DNA of 64,000 nt from an uncultured Actinomycetota bacterium (GCA_963728555.1 CAVSKP010000005.1:21413-85412); one strand, 5' to 3'; positions 27,203-36,856 are shown, counted from the first letter of the stretch. Numbers and translations: made by a program. The notes: a model not told the origin generated them from the letters alone.

Positions 27203-29239
27203 ATGACGAACCCGACCGTGGCCGCTCTCGTCGAGCGGTCCAACAGGCTGGGCGGAGATCCCAAGAACACCAACTACGCCGGCGGCAACACCTCCGCCAA
27301 GGGCACCGAGACCGACCCGGTGACCGGCGAGGACGTCGAGCTGGTCTGGGTGAAGGGCTCCGGCGGTGACCTCGGCACGCTGACCGAGTCCGGCCTGGCG
27401 GTGCTGCGGCTGGACCGGATGCGCGCGCTCACGAACGTCTACCCCGGCGTCGAGCGCGAGGACGAGATGGTCGCGGCGTTCGACTACTGCCTGCACGGCA
27501 AGGGCGGCGCCGCGCCGTCGATCGACACGGCCATGCACGGCCTGGTCGACGCGGCCCACGTCGACCACCTGCACCCCGACTCCGGCATCGCCATCGCGAC
27601 CGCCGCCGACGGCGAGGCACTGACGAAGGAGATCTTCGGCGACCAGGTCGTCTGGGTGCCCTGGCGACGGCCCGGCTTCCAGCTCGGCCTCGACATCGCC
27701 GCGATCAAGGCGGCCAACCCGCAAGCCGTCGGCTGCATCCTCGGTGGCCACGGCATCACCGCCTGGGGCGAGACATCGGAGGAGTCCGAGAAGAACTCGC
27801 TCTGGATCATCGACACGGCCGCGGCGTACATCGCCGAGCACGCCAAGCCCGAGCCCTTCGGGCCGGCACTGGACGGGTACGGCGCCCTGCCGGACGCCGA
27901 GCGCCGCGCCAAGGCCGCGGCCATCGCTCCGACCATCCGCGGGCTCGCCTCCACCGACAAGCCGATGGTCGGCCACTTCACCGACAGCCCCGAGGTCCTG
28001 CACTTCCTCGCCTCCACCGAGCACCCGCGGCTCGCGGCGCTGGGCACGTCCTGCCCGGACCACTTCCTGCGCACCAAGGTCAAGCCGATGCTGCTCGACC
28101 TCCCCGCGACCGCGTCGGTCGAGGACACGATCGCGCGGCTCAAGGAGCTGCACGGGCCTTACCGCGAGGACTACCAGGGCTACTACGACCGCAACAAGGC
28201 CGAGGACTCGCCGGCCATCCGCGGCGCCGACCCGCTCATCGTGCTCGTCCCCGGCGTCGGGATGTTCTCCTTCGGCAAGGATAAGCAGACCGCGCGGGTC
28301 GCCGGCGAGTTCTACGTCAACGCCGTCAACGTGATGCGCGGCGCCGAGGGGCTCTCGACCTACGCCCCGATCGACGAGGCGGAGAAGTTCCGCATCGAGT
28401 ACTGGGCCCTCGAGGAGGCCAAGCTCCAGCGGATGCCGAAGCCCAAGCCGCTCGCCACCCGCATCGCCCTGGTGACGGGTGCCGCATCGGGCATCGGCAA
28501 GGCGATCGCGCAGAAGCTGGCAGCGGAGGGCGCCTGCGTGGTCATCGCCGACCTGTCCCTGGAGAAGGCCCAGGCCGCCGCGGCCGAGATCGGCGGGCCG
28601 GACGTCGCGGTCGGCGTCCAGGTCGACGTCTCCGACGAGGCGGCCGTACAGGCGATGGTCGATGCCACGGTGCTCGCCTTCGGTGGCGTGGACCTGGTCG
28701 TCAACAACGCGGGGCTCTCGCTGTCCAAGACCCTCCTCGAGACCACCGTCGCCGACTGGGACCTCCAGCACGACGTGATGGCCAAGGGCTCGTTCCTGGT
28801 CTCGCGGACCGCTGCCAAGGTGCTCATCGAGCAGGAGCTCGGCGGCGACATCGTCTACATCTCCTCGAAGAACTCCGTCTTCGCCGGCCCCAACAACATC
28901 GCGTACTCCGCGGTGAAGGCCGACCAGGCCCACCAGGTCCGCTTGCTGGCCGCCGAGCTCGGCGAGCACGGCATCAAGGTCAACGGCGTCAACCCCGACG
29001 GCGTGGTCGCCGGCTCCGGCATCTTCGCCGGCGGCTGGGGCGCGCAGCGGGCCGCGGTCTACGGCGTGGAGGAGAAGGACCTCGGCAAGTACTACGCCCA
29101 GCGCACCCTGCTCAAGCGGGAGGTGCTCCCCGAGCACTGTGCACAGGCCGTCTTCGTGCTCTGCTCCCCCGAGCTGACCCGCACCACCGGCCTGCACGTG
29201 CCCGTCGACTCCGGTGTGGCGGCGGCCTTCCTCAGATGA
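27203..29239 (+). CDS. rhaD: Bifunctional rhamnulose-1-phosphate aldolase / short-chain dehydrogenase (RhaEW)
   Basis: GGGNTSAK-type aldolase domain, HLHPD, CPDHFLRTK; SDR domain TGAASGIG, NNAG, YSAVK. Confidence 0.95.
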   Translation: MTNPTVAALVERSNRLGGDPKNTNYAGGNTSAKGTETDPVTGEDVELVWVKGSGGDLGTLTESGLAVLRLDRMRALTNVYPGVEREDEMVAAFDYCLHGKGGAAPSIDTAMHGLVDAAHVDHLHPDSGIAIATAADGEALTKEIFGDQVVWVPWRRPGFQLGLDIAAIKAANPQAVGCILGGHGITAWGETSEESEKNSLWIIDTAAAYIAEHAKPEPFGPALDGYGALPDAERRAKAAAIAPTIRGLASTDKPMVGHFTDSPEVLHFLASTEHPRLAALGTSCPDHFLRTKVKPMLLDLPATASVEDTIARLKELHGPYREDYQGYYDRNKAEDSPAIRGADPLIVLVPGVGMFSFGKDKQTARVAGEFYVNAVNVMRGAEGLSTYAPIDEAEKFRIEYWALEEAKLQRMPKPKPLATRIALVTGAASGIGKAIAQKLAAEGACVVIADLSLEKAQAAAAEIGGPDVAVGVQVDVSDEAAVQAMVDATVLAFGGVDLVVNNAGLSLSKTLLETTVADWDLQHDVMAKGSFLVSRTAAKVLIEQELGGDIVYISSKNSVFAGPNNIAYSAVKADQAHQVRLLAAELGEHGIKVNGVNPDGVVAGSGIFAGGWGAQRAAVYGVEEKDLGKYYAQRTLLKREVLPEHCAQAVFVLCSPELTRTTGLHVPVDSGVAAAFLR

Positions 29240-30639
29240 CTGGTCACAGGTCAGGGCGCTTCGCGGCCGTCGACCTCGGCGCCTCCAGCGGCCGGGTGAT
29301 GGTCGGCGAGGTCGGGCCGGACACCCTGCGCCTGGAGGCCGCGGCCCGCTTCCCGAACGGCCCGGTGCCGGCCGAGGACGGCCTGCACTGGGACGTCGAG
29401 GGACTCATCGAGCACGCCGTCGCCGGGCTCGCCACGGCGTACGCCGGCGGCCCGCTCACCTCGGTCGGCGTGGACAGCTGGGCGGTGGACTACGGTCGCT
29501 TTCGCGACGGCAGGCTGGTCGCTCCGCCGTTCTGCTACCGCGACGAGCGCCGCAACCAGGTCGGTCCCGCGCGGGTGGCCGAGCTGATCGGGACCGAGGA
29601 GCTGTACCGCCACAACGGCCTGCAGCACCTCTCGTTCAACACGCTCTACCAGCTGGCCGCGGACGACGGCCTCGACGCAGCCGACCAGGTCCTGCTGGTC
29701 CCCGACCTGGTGGCGGCAGCGCTGTGCGGCAACCACGTCGCCGAGCGCACCAACGCCTCCACCACCGGCCTGCTCGACGTGACCACCCGCGAGTGGGACA
29801 CCGAGCTGATGGTCCGCCTCGGCCTGGACGTCGGGTTGTTCCCCGGCCTGGTCGACCCCGGCCACGAGATCGGCCACCTCCTCACCCCCATCTCCGACCG
29901 CGTCGGCGGACGCATCCCCGTCGTCGCGGTCGGTTCCCACGACACCGCGTCCGCGATCCTCGGCACTCCCCTGCAGGCCGACGACGCGGCGTACGTCTCC
30001 CTCGGCACCTGGGCCCTCGCCGGCCTCGAGCTCGACGAGCCGGTCCTCACCGAGGACGCGCGCGTCGCCAACTTCACCAACGAGGGCGGCGTGGACGGCA
30101 CGGTCCGGTTCCTCAGGAACGTGATGGGCACCTGGCTGCTCAGCGAGACGCTGCGGGCCTGGGGCGAGACCGACCTGGCCGGGATGCTGCACGCCGCTGA
30201 GGCGTACGACGGGCAGGTGCCGATCGTCGACGTGCAGGACGGGCGGTTCCTGCCACCCGGCGACATGGCCTCTCGCATCGAGGCGTGGTGTGGCGAGCAC
30301 GAGCTGGCTCCCCCGCGGGGCCGGGTGGCCGTCGTGCGCTGCATCGTCCTGAGCATCGCCGCCGCCGTCGCGGCGTCCCTGGAGTGCGCCGCGTCGCTCG
30401 CGGACCGCACCATCGGCGTCGTACACGTCGTGGGCGGCGGCGCCCAGAACTCCTTCCTCTGCCAGGCGATCGCCGACCGGTCGGGCCTCCCGGTGCTGGC
30501 CGGACCGGTCGAGGCCACCGCCATCGGGAACGTGCTCGTGCAGGCGCGAGCCGCCGGCGTGGTCGGCCCGTCCCTGGCCGACCTGCGGGGGCTGGTCGCG
30601 CGCACCCACGACCTGGTGCGGTTCGCGCCCCGTGGTTGA
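29236..30639 (+). CDS. rhaB: Rhamnulokinase
   Basis: AVDLGASSGR, DSWAVDYG, GSHDTASA, NFTNEGG, GPVEATAIGN. Confidence 0.93.
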   Translation: MTGHRSGRFAAVDLGASSGRVMVGEVGPDTLRLEAAARFPNGPVPAEDGLHWDVEGLIEHAVAGLATAYAGGPLTSVGVDSWAVDYGRFRDGRLVAPPFCYRDERRNQVGPARVAELIGTEELYRHNGLQHLSFNTLYQLAADDGLDAADQVLLVPDLVAAALCGNHVAERTNASTTGLLDVTTREWDTELMVRLGLDVGLFPGLVDPGHEIGHLLTPISDRVGGRIPVVAVGSHDTASAILGTPLQADDAAYVSLGTWALAGLELDEPVLTEDARVANFTNEGGVDGTVRFLRNVMGTWLLSETLRAWGETDLAGMLHAAEAYDGQVPIVDVQDGRFLPPGDMASRIEAWCGEHELAPPRGRVAVVRCIVLSIAAAVAASLECAASLADRTIGVVHVVGGGAQNSFLCQAIADRSGLPVLAGPVEATAIGNVLVQARAAGVVGPSLADLRGLVARTHDLVRFAPRG

Positions 30640-30651
30640 GAGGATCGCGGC

Positions 30652-31398
30652 GTGAGGGTCGCCCTGATGGTGACGTGCATCAACGACGCGCTGTTCCCCG
30701 ACGTGGGGAAGGCGGTCGTCACCCTGCTGCGCCGCCTCGGCGTCGAGGTCGACTTCCCGGAGGCGCAGACGTGCTGCGGGCAGCCGATGATCAACACCGG
30801 CTACCTCGACGAGGCCGTCCCACCGCTCCGGTCGTTCGTGAAGGCGTTCGACGGGTACGACGCCGTGGTCACGCCGTCCGGGTCGTGCGCCGGGTCCGCG
30901 CGGCACCAGCACCCGATCGTGGCCCAGAGACACGCAGAGCGGTCGGGTGACACCGGGCTCGTGGCGGCCGTCGAGCGCACCGCGCCGCGGACGTACGAGC
31001 TCTCGGAGTTCCTGGTCGACGTGCTCGGGGTGACCGACGTCGGCGCGTACTTCCCGCACCGCGTCACCTACCACCCGACCTGCCACTCGCTGCGGATGCT
31101 CGGCGTCGGCGACAGGCCCACGCAGCTGCTGCAAGCCGTGCGCGGTCTCGAGCTCGTCGACCTGCCGCGCGCCGAGGAGTGCTGCGGGTTCGGCGGCACC
31201 TTCGCCGTGAAGAACGCCGACACCTCGGTGGCGATGGTCTCCGACAAGGCGCGGCACGTCCGCGAGACCGGCGCCGAGGTGCTCGTCGCCGGTGACAGCT
31301 CCTGCCTCATGAACATCGGCGGGGCACTGACCCGCCAGCGCGCCGGCGTACGGGTGATGCACCTGGCCGAGGTGCTGGCCGCGACGGAGGGCCCATGA
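30652..31398 (+). CDS. lutA: L-lactate dehydrogenase complex subunit (Fe-S, CCG domains)
   Basis: QTCCGQP, PSGSCAG, YHPTCHSLR, ECCGFGG, DSSCLMNI. Confidence 0.93.
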   Translation: MRVALMVTCINDALFPDVGKAVVTLLRRLGVEVDFPEAQTCCGQPMINTGYLDEAVPPLRSFVKAFDGYDAVVTPSGSCAGSARHQHPIVAQRHAERSGDTGLVAAVERTAPRTYELSEFLVDVLGVTDVGAYFPHRVTYHPTCHSLRMLGVGDRPTQLLQAVRGLELVDLPRAEECCGFGGTFAVKNADTSVAMVSDKARHVRETGAEVLVAGDSSCLMNIGGALTRQRAGVRVMHLAEVLAATEGP

Positions 31399-32819
31399 CG
31401 TCCACCTTCGTCGGCATGCCGAAGTTCCCCGTGGCCGCCCGCGCGGCGCTCGAGGACACCCAGCTGCGGCGCAACCTCGCGCACGCGACCGGCACCATCC
31501 GCGACAAGCGGGCCCGCGTGGTCGCCGAGGTCGACAACTGGGAGGAGCTCCGCGTCGCCGGGGCGGCGATCAAGGACGCCGCGCTGTTCTCCCTGGACGA
31601 GCAGCTCGTCCTGCTCGAGGAACGGCTGACGGCCGCCGGGGCGACGGTGCAATGGGCCCGCGACGCGGACGAGGCATGCGCGATCGTCGCCGAGGTGGCG
31701 AAGGCCCACGACATCGACGAGGTCGTGAAGGTCAAGTCGATGGTCACCCAGGAGATCGGCCTCAACGAGGCTCTGGAGGCGGAAGGCATCGCGGCCTGGG
31801 AGACGGACCTGGCCGAGCTCATCGTGCAGCTCGGCGACGACCTGCCCAGCCACATCCTGGTGCCGGCGATCCACCGCAACCGGGCCGAGATCCGCGAGAT
31901 CTTCCGCCGCCGGATGCCCGGTGCCCAGGACCTGACCGACGAGCCGGCCGCGCTGGCGGGTGCCGCTCGTGAGCACCTGCGGGCCAAGTTCCTCTCGGCC
32001 CGGATGGCAGTGTCGGGCGCGAACTTCGCGATCGCCGAGACGGGCACGCTCGTCGTCGTCGAGTCCGAGGGCAACGGCCGGATGTGCCTGACCCTGCCCG
32101 AGGTGCTGGTCTCGGTCGTCGGCATCGAGAAGGTGATCCCTACCTGGTCCGATCTCGACGTGATGCTGCGGCTGCTGCCGCGGTCCTCGACCGGCGAGCG
32201 GATGAACCCGTACACCTCGACCTGGACCGGCGTCACTCCAGGCGACGGCCCGCAGGAGGTGGTCGTCGTCCTGCTCGACAACGGCCGCACGCGGGCGCTG
32301 GCCGATCAGGTAGGGCGCCAGGCGCTCCGCTGCATCCGGTGCTCGGCCTGCCTGAACTCCTGTCCGGTGTACGAGCGGGTCGGCGGCCATGCGTACGGCT
32401 CGGTGTATCCCGGCCCGATCGGCGCGATCCTCAACCCGCTGCTCCGAGGAGTCGGGGTTGACGATCAGATCGACTCGCTGCCGTACGCCTCCTCGCTCTG
32501 CGGCGCCTGCTTCGAGGTCTGCCCGGTCCGCATCGACATCCCGTCGGTCCTCGTCGACCTGCGCGCGCAGGTGGTCGACGCGCACCGGGCCAGACGTTGG
32601 GGCGGCGTCCCGTCGGTACAGACCGTCGCGATGAAGGGCGCCGCCACCACCTTCGCCTCGGGGAAGCGCCTCGGGCTGGCCGAGCGCTTCGCCCGGCTCG
32701 GCACCGGCGTCGCCGCCAGGTTCGGCGCCTCCGCGTGGACCGACGCACGCGACCTGCCGCGGGCGCCGCGCGAGTCCTTCCGCGCCTGGTGGCGACGTAC
32801 GGACGGGGGCCGGTCGTGA
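31395..32819 (+). CDS. lutB: L-lactate dehydrogenase complex subunit (ferredoxin-type)
   Basis: VKVKSM, ETDLAE, ESEGNGR, CIRCSACLNSCPVY, SLCGACFEVCPV. Confidence 0.95.
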   Translation: MTSTFVGMPKFPVAARAALEDTQLRRNLAHATGTIRDKRARVVAEVDNWEELRVAGAAIKDAALFSLDEQLVLLEERLTAAGATVQWARDADEACAIVAEVAKAHDIDEVVKVKSMVTQEIGLNEALEAEGIAAWETDLAELIVQLGDDLPSHILVPAIHRNRAEIREIFRRRMPGAQDLTDEPAALAGAAREHLRAKFLSARMAVSGANFAIAETGTLVVVESEGNGRMCLTLPEVLVSVVGIEKVIPTWSDLDVMLRLLPRSSTGERMNPYTSTWTGVTPGDGPQEVVVVLLDNGRTRALADQVGRQALRCIRCSACLNSCPVYERVGGHAYGSVYPGPIGAILNPLLRGVGVDDQIDSLPYASSLCGACFEVCPVRIDIPSVLVDLRAQVVDAHRARRWGGVPSVQTVAMKGAATTFASGKRLGLAERFARLGTGVAARFGASAWTDARDLPRAPRESFRAWWRRTDGGRS

Positions 32820-33412
32820 CGTCGGCGCGCGAGGAGATCCTGGCCCGGGTGCGGGCGGCGCTCGACGGGACGACTCCCGTCGACGGGCCGCTTGTCCCTG
32901 CGGGCTCCGCTGCCGACGACGTCGTCTCGCTGTTCGCCGAGCGCGTCGCGGACTATCGGGCCACCGTCGTTCGCTGCACTCCGCGCACTCTCCGCGCGAG
33001 GCTCAAGGCCGCGCTTCCCGAGGGACGCATCGTCGTACCTCCCGGCCTGTCGGTGGCCATCCCCGACGCCGTGGTGGACAACGGGTTGTCGCCCGCCGAG
33101 CTCGATGCCTGCGCCGCCGTCGTCACCGACGCGACCGTCGGCATCGCCGAGACCGGCACGATCGTCCTCGACCACGGCCCCGGCCAGGGCCGACGCGCGA
33201 TCACGCTCGTCCCCGACGTCCACGTCTGCATCGTGCGCGCCGGCCAGGTGGTCGCCGACGTGCCCGACGCGATGCCCCGCCTCGACCTGGTTGTCCGGCA
33301 GGGCCGACCGCTGACCTGGATCAGCGGCCCCAGCGCCACCAGCGACATCGAGCTCGACCGGGTCGAGGGCGTCCACGGCCCGCGCACCCTGCACGTGCTC
33401 CTCGTGGGCTGA
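32816..33412 (+). CDS. lutC: LUD domain lactate utilisation protein
   Basis: GTGA overlap with lutB; IAETGT, ISGPSATSDIE, GVHGPR. Confidence 0.92.
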   Translation: MTSAREEILARVRAALDGTTPVDGPLVPAGSAADDVVSLFAERVADYRATVVRCTPRTLRARLKAALPEGRIVVPPGLSVAIPDAVVDNGLSPAELDACAAVVTDATVGIAETGTIVLDHGPGQGRRAITLVPDVHVCIVRAGQVVADVPDAMPRLDLVVRQGRPLTWISGPSATSDIELDRVEGVHGPRTLHVLLVG

Positions 33413-33458
33413 CGGGAGCACCGCGCAGGCGTACCGTCGTCGGTAGGGGTGATCCGCG

Positions 33459-33638
33459 ATGGACTTCTGGCTGTTGGTGGTCGTGGTTCTCGGGGCCGCG
33501 GTGGTGTTCCTCTCCTGGAGGCGTGCCCGTCGGCGAGACGCCGACCGTGTGTCGGGCGCTGAGTGGGGTGACGGCTCGCACCACGTCGGTGAGCGCTGGC
33601 GGACGGGCGGTTACGGCGAAAGCGGTGGGGGCGGGTAG
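33459..33638 (+). CDS. Small single-pass membrane protein (59 aa)
   Basis: Read by hand: MDFWLLVVVVLGAAVVFLSWRRARRRDADR...GYGESGGGG*; TM helix followed by a basic cluster. Confidence 0.55.
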   Translation: MDFWLLVVVVLGAAVVFLSWRRARRRDADRVSGAEWGDGSHHVGERWRTGGYGESGGGG

Positions 33639-33645
33639 TGACGCG

Positions 33646-33933
33646 ATGCGCGACGTGATCGCCGTCGCCTCGACGTCGTTCGTCTTCGTCGGGACAGTTC
33701 TGCGGATGTGGGACTCGATCGCCGACGCCGACGCCGTGGGCGAGTTCGCCCCGCGCAACTCCAACGACGAGCTCAGAAGGCTGGTCCTCTTCTTCACCAT
33801 GCTCGGTCGGAGCGAGGCGGCGGCGACCTCCGATCGTCAGCTGCACTACCTCAGGACGGCGCAGGGCTGGTTCTTCCTGGCGATCGGAGCGTTCGGAGGA
33901 CTGCTCCTCGCCGTGGGCGCCGCCCTCAGCTGA
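33646..33933 (+). CDS. Small membrane protein (95 aa)
   Basis: ATG 33646; hydrophobic N- and C-terminal segments (GWFFLAIGAFGGLLLAVGAALS). Confidence 0.5.
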   Translation: MRDVIAVASTSFVFVGTVLRMWDSIADADAVGEFAPRNSNDELRRLVLFFTMLGRSEAAATSDRQLHYLRTAQGWFFLAIGAFGGLLLAVGAALS

Positions 33934-34063
33934 GCTGTGATCCAGCCCGCAGCTCGGGCCTGCAGCACGGCCACGTACCTCCTGCCGTCGGCCCCGACGA
34001 ACGCCAGCTCGCTGCCGGCCCAGCACGCCCGGAGGTCTGAACTTCCACCGGACGTCATACGTT

Positions 34064-35188
34064 GTGGTCGTCATGGCGACCGTTTCGTACGACGTCCGCA
34101 GGTCGCGCTGGTCGTCGCGGCCGACCTTGCTGGTGTCGGCGTGCTCGTCGAGCGCGGACGAGGACCCGCCGACCGCCGCTGGGTCGAGCGCGTCCGCCCC
34201 GTCCGCCACCGACTCCGCGACCGAGGCCGTGACCGAGTCCCAGTCCCCGTCCCCGTCGACGGGCACGCCGTCGCAGGAGTCGAAGCCCCAGCCGGCGCCG
34301 TACCCCGTCTCCCTCCCGGCGTACTTCGAGCGCCGGCCGGACGGCGGCGACCTCCGCCTCGGCACCGTGCGCGAGCGGACACCGGCCTACACGTCGTACG
34401 ACGCGTCGTACCGCAGCGGGCACCTGCGGGTGACCGGGGTGCTCAACGTGCCGACGGGCCGCGGCCCCTTCCCCACCGTCGTGCTCGCCCACGGCTACAT
34501 CGACCCGGCGATCTACGTGTCCGGACAGGGGATGACGCGCGAGCGCGGGTACCTGTCGAGCAACGGGTTCGTCGCCTTCCACGTCGACTACCGCAACCAC
34601 GCCGGCTCCGATGTCGACCCGCTCGCCGACCGACGGCTGCGCCTGGGCTATGCCCTGGACGTCATCAACGCGGTGCAGGCGCTTCGGCGTACGCCGAGGG
34701 TGCCGGTCGACGACGACCGGATCGCGCTCTTCGGCCGGTCGATGGGCGGCGGCGTGGTCTACAAGGCGCTGGAGATCGCGCCCGGACTCGTCGACGCCGC
34801 CTCCGTGTGGGCCGCCGTGAGCTCGCGCGAGGACGAGAACTTCGACCACTTCATCCGGGACGACCCGGGCGACCGGGCGGACCTGGTGAGGTACGTCGAG
34901 CAGGAGTACGGCCTGCCCGGCCAGCGCGGCTCGGCGAAGTTCTGGCGGCAGATCAGCGCCCGGACGTACTTCGACCGGATCACCGAGCCCGTCCAGGTCG
35001 TGCACGGCACCAGCGACTCCACCTGCCCGCCGCCGTGGGCCCGGGCGTCGTACCGCGCCCTGACGGACGCCGGCGTGGACGCGCGGCTGGTGTGGTTCCA
35101 GGGCGAGGAGCACGCCTTCGGCCCACAGTTCTTCGCCGCCATGGCCCGGACGACGCGCTACTTCCACACCGCGCCGCGCCGGCTGTAA
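34064..35188 (+). CDS. Secreted/lipoprotein alpha/beta hydrolase (S9 peptidase-like); signal peptide possibly frameshifted near 34122
   Basis: VSAC lipobox, Ser/Thr linker, HGYIDP, VDYRNH, GRSMGGG, HGTSD, EEHAF. Confidence 0.85.
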   Translation: MVVMATVSYDVRRSRWSSRPTLLVSACSSSADEDPPTAAGSSASAPSATDSATEAVTESQSPSPSTGTPSQESKPQPAPYPVSLPAYFERRPDGGDLRLGTVRERTPAYTSYDASYRSGHLRVTGVLNVPTGRGPFPTVVLAHGYIDPAIYVSGQGMTRERGYLSSNGFVAFHVDYRNHAGSDVDPLADRRLRLGYALDVINAVQALRRTPRVPVDDDRIALFGRSMGGGVVYKALEIAPGLVDAASVWAAVSSREDENFDHFIRDDPGDRADLVRYVEQEYGLPGQRGSAKFWRQISARTYFDRITEPVQVVHGTSDSTCPPPWARASYRALTDAGVDARLVWFQGEEHAFGPQFFAAMARTTRYFHTAPRRL

Positions 35189-35281
35189 CAGCACGTTCGG
35201 TGCACCCCCCGCGCGTTTGAACGTGCTCCAAGACGCATGAACGTGCTGTTACAAGTCAGGCCGCGCGCAGGAAGTGCTCCA
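35184..35281. mobile_element. Miniature inverted-repeat element remnant
   Basis: Perfect 15-bp IR TGTAACAGCACGTTC (35184-35198) / GAACGTGCTGTTACA (35239-35253) with partial copies at 35218 and 35271; lies between two copies of a gene 3' end. Confidence 0.45.
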
Positions 35282-35286
35282 GGTGA

Positions 35287-35349
35287 GGCCCACAGTTCTT
35301 CGCCGCCATGACCCGCACGACGTGCTACTTCCGCGCCGGGCTCGCCTGA
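35287..35349 (+). repeat. Diverged duplicate of the hydrolase 3' end
   Basis: 35287-35338 matches 35120-35171 at 47/52 nt and still reads GPQFFAAMTRTTCYFRAGLA*. Confidence 0.8.
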
Positions 35350-35822
35350 CTGGCCGTGGGCGACGGCGTCGTCGTGGCCACGGTGCCGGGCGCCGGCACG
35401 ACCCCGCTGATCGTGGTGCCCGGACAGGCGGCCATCGTGGTCGGTGCAGAGTGGCTGACCACCCAGTAGTCGCCCGGCTCCAGGTCGAGAGTTCCCGGGT
35501 GCTCCGGGTCGACGCGCACCGAGTCGACGGCGTTGACGATCCGGCCGCTCTCGGCCGACTCGTACTCGGGCGCCGTGCCCGCGTCGCCGACATAGATGGT
35601 CCGGTCGTCGGGAGGAGCGAGGACCGAACCCTCGTACGGGTTCGTCACCGAGAACCGCACCCGGCCACCCGAGGTGGTGAAGAAGGCGAACCGGTTGTCG
35701 TCGGTGAGGTAGCCCAGGTCGGTCAGGAGCGGCGCATCGCACCCCAGGGCGGGTGTCTCCGGCGGCGGGCTGCACGCGGCGAACGCCGGCGCCACGAGCA
35801 GCAGGGCCAGGGCACGCTTCAT
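35325..35822 (-). CDS. Hypothetical lipoprotein
   Basis: MKRALALLLVAPAFAAC lipobox; beta-rich body. Confidence 0.7.
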   Translation of the reverse strand: MKRALALLLVAPAFAACSPPPETPALGCDAPLLTDLGYLTDDNRFAFFTTSGGRVRFSVTNPYEGSVLAPPDDRTIYVGDAGTAPEYESAESGRIVNAVDSVRVDPEHPGTLDLEPGDYWVVSHSAPTTMAACPGTTISGVVPAPGTVATTTPSPTASQASPARK

Positions 35823-35879
35823 GGAGCGAGCGTGACACCGCCGTCGCGGACGCGTCCTGAGTACGCAGGATCAGTCACC

Positions 35880-35926
35880 GGTCTCGACACGCTCGGCCGT
35901 GGCCGGCCTCGCGGCTCGACCAGCGA
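35880..35926 (+). repeat. REP-like element of the same family as 25592-25636
   Basis: GGTCTCGAcacGCTCGGCCGtGGcCGGCCTCGCggCTCGACCAgCGA aligns with the 25592 copy. Confidence 0.7.
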
Positions 35927-35952
35927 TCAGTCGTCTCGCTGGCCGACATCCA

Positions 35953-36678
35953 TCAGCAGTCGTGCCCACCCCGCCAGTCGGGCAGCGGTTGCCGGCCGAC
36001 GGCGGTGTCGACGGCGGCCTGGGCCAGGAGGCGGGTGGAGTTGAGCAACGGGACCCGCGAGACGGCGGCGGGGACCAGCAGGGAGAGCTCGGTGCACGCG
36101 AGGGCCACCGCGGAGCAGCCCTTGTCGGCCAGCCGGCCGATGATCGCCAGCACCTCGTCGCGCGCCTCGGCGGAGAAGCTCCCCACGACCAGCTCGTCGA
36201 GGATGATCCCGTGCAGGGTGGTCGAGTCACCGGGCTCGGGCACCAGGGTCGAGATCCCGCGCTGCGCGAAGCGCCGCTGGTACATGTCGGAGTCCATCAC
36301 CCACGACGTGCCGAGCAGGCCGATGGTGTCGTGACCCAGCCGGTGGGCCTCGGCGACCACGACGTCGGCGATGTGGAGACCGGGGAGCGCGAGGTCGGGC
36401 CCGCAGGCCTCGAGCGCGAGATGGGCCGTGTTGTCGGGACAGGCGAAGAAGTCGGCGCCACCGGCCCGCAGCCGCCGGGTGCAGAGTGAGAGGACGGAGC
36501 GGAACTCCTCCAGGTCGCCGCGTCGCATCGCCTCGAGGCTCTCGCCCATGGCCACGCAGTTGAGCGAGAACTCCGGATGCTGATAGTCCGTCATGGCGCG
36601 CTGGCCGTACGTCGCGATGCCGCGCACGAAGTCTGCCGCGCCTTCGATCGTGTGTCCGACCACACCGATGTGGAACAC
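35953..36678 (-). CDS. Aspartate/glutamate racemase family protein
   Basis: ACPDNTAH, LLGTSWVM, LACTELSLL, NSTRLLA; two catalytic Cys. Confidence 0.88.
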   Translation of the reverse strand: MFHIGVVGHTIEGAADFVRGIATYGQRAMTDYQHPEFSLNCVAMGESLEAMRRGDLEEFRSVLSLCTRRLRAGGADFFACPDNTAHLALEACGPDLALPGLHIADVVVAEAHRLGHDTIGLLGTSWVMDSDMYQRRFAQRGISTLVPEPGDSTTLHGIILDELVVGSFSAEARDEVLAIIGRLADKGCSAVALACTELSLLVPAAVSRVPLLNSTRLLAQAAVDTAVGRQPLPDWRGGHDC

Positions 36679-36796
36679 CTGCCTCGCCTTCCTCCCATCG
36701 ACCAGCGGGGTCGACAAGGAGGAGGGCGAACGGCGCTCGTCCGCCCTGCGTTCGTTCGACACCCACGAGAAGTCTGTCCCTCACCCGCCGGCCACA

Positions 36797-36856
36797 GGTC
36801 ACGAAGAGATTGCGATTGGGGCTCGAAAGTTGCGGTTCTGCACAGGGCATTGGCCT
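36797..36856 (+). promoter_or_regulatory. Motifs shared by both oppA promoters
   Basis: AGGTCACGAA-N7-CGATTGGGG ... GGGCATTGGCCT, also present at 38871-38933. Confidence 0.55.

Noticed and set aside
33846-34058. 70-aa minus-strand ORF (AFVGADGRRYVAVL...)
   Set aside because: Overlaps the 33646 ORF antisense, has no RBS or recognisable motif; possibly a remnant but unsupported
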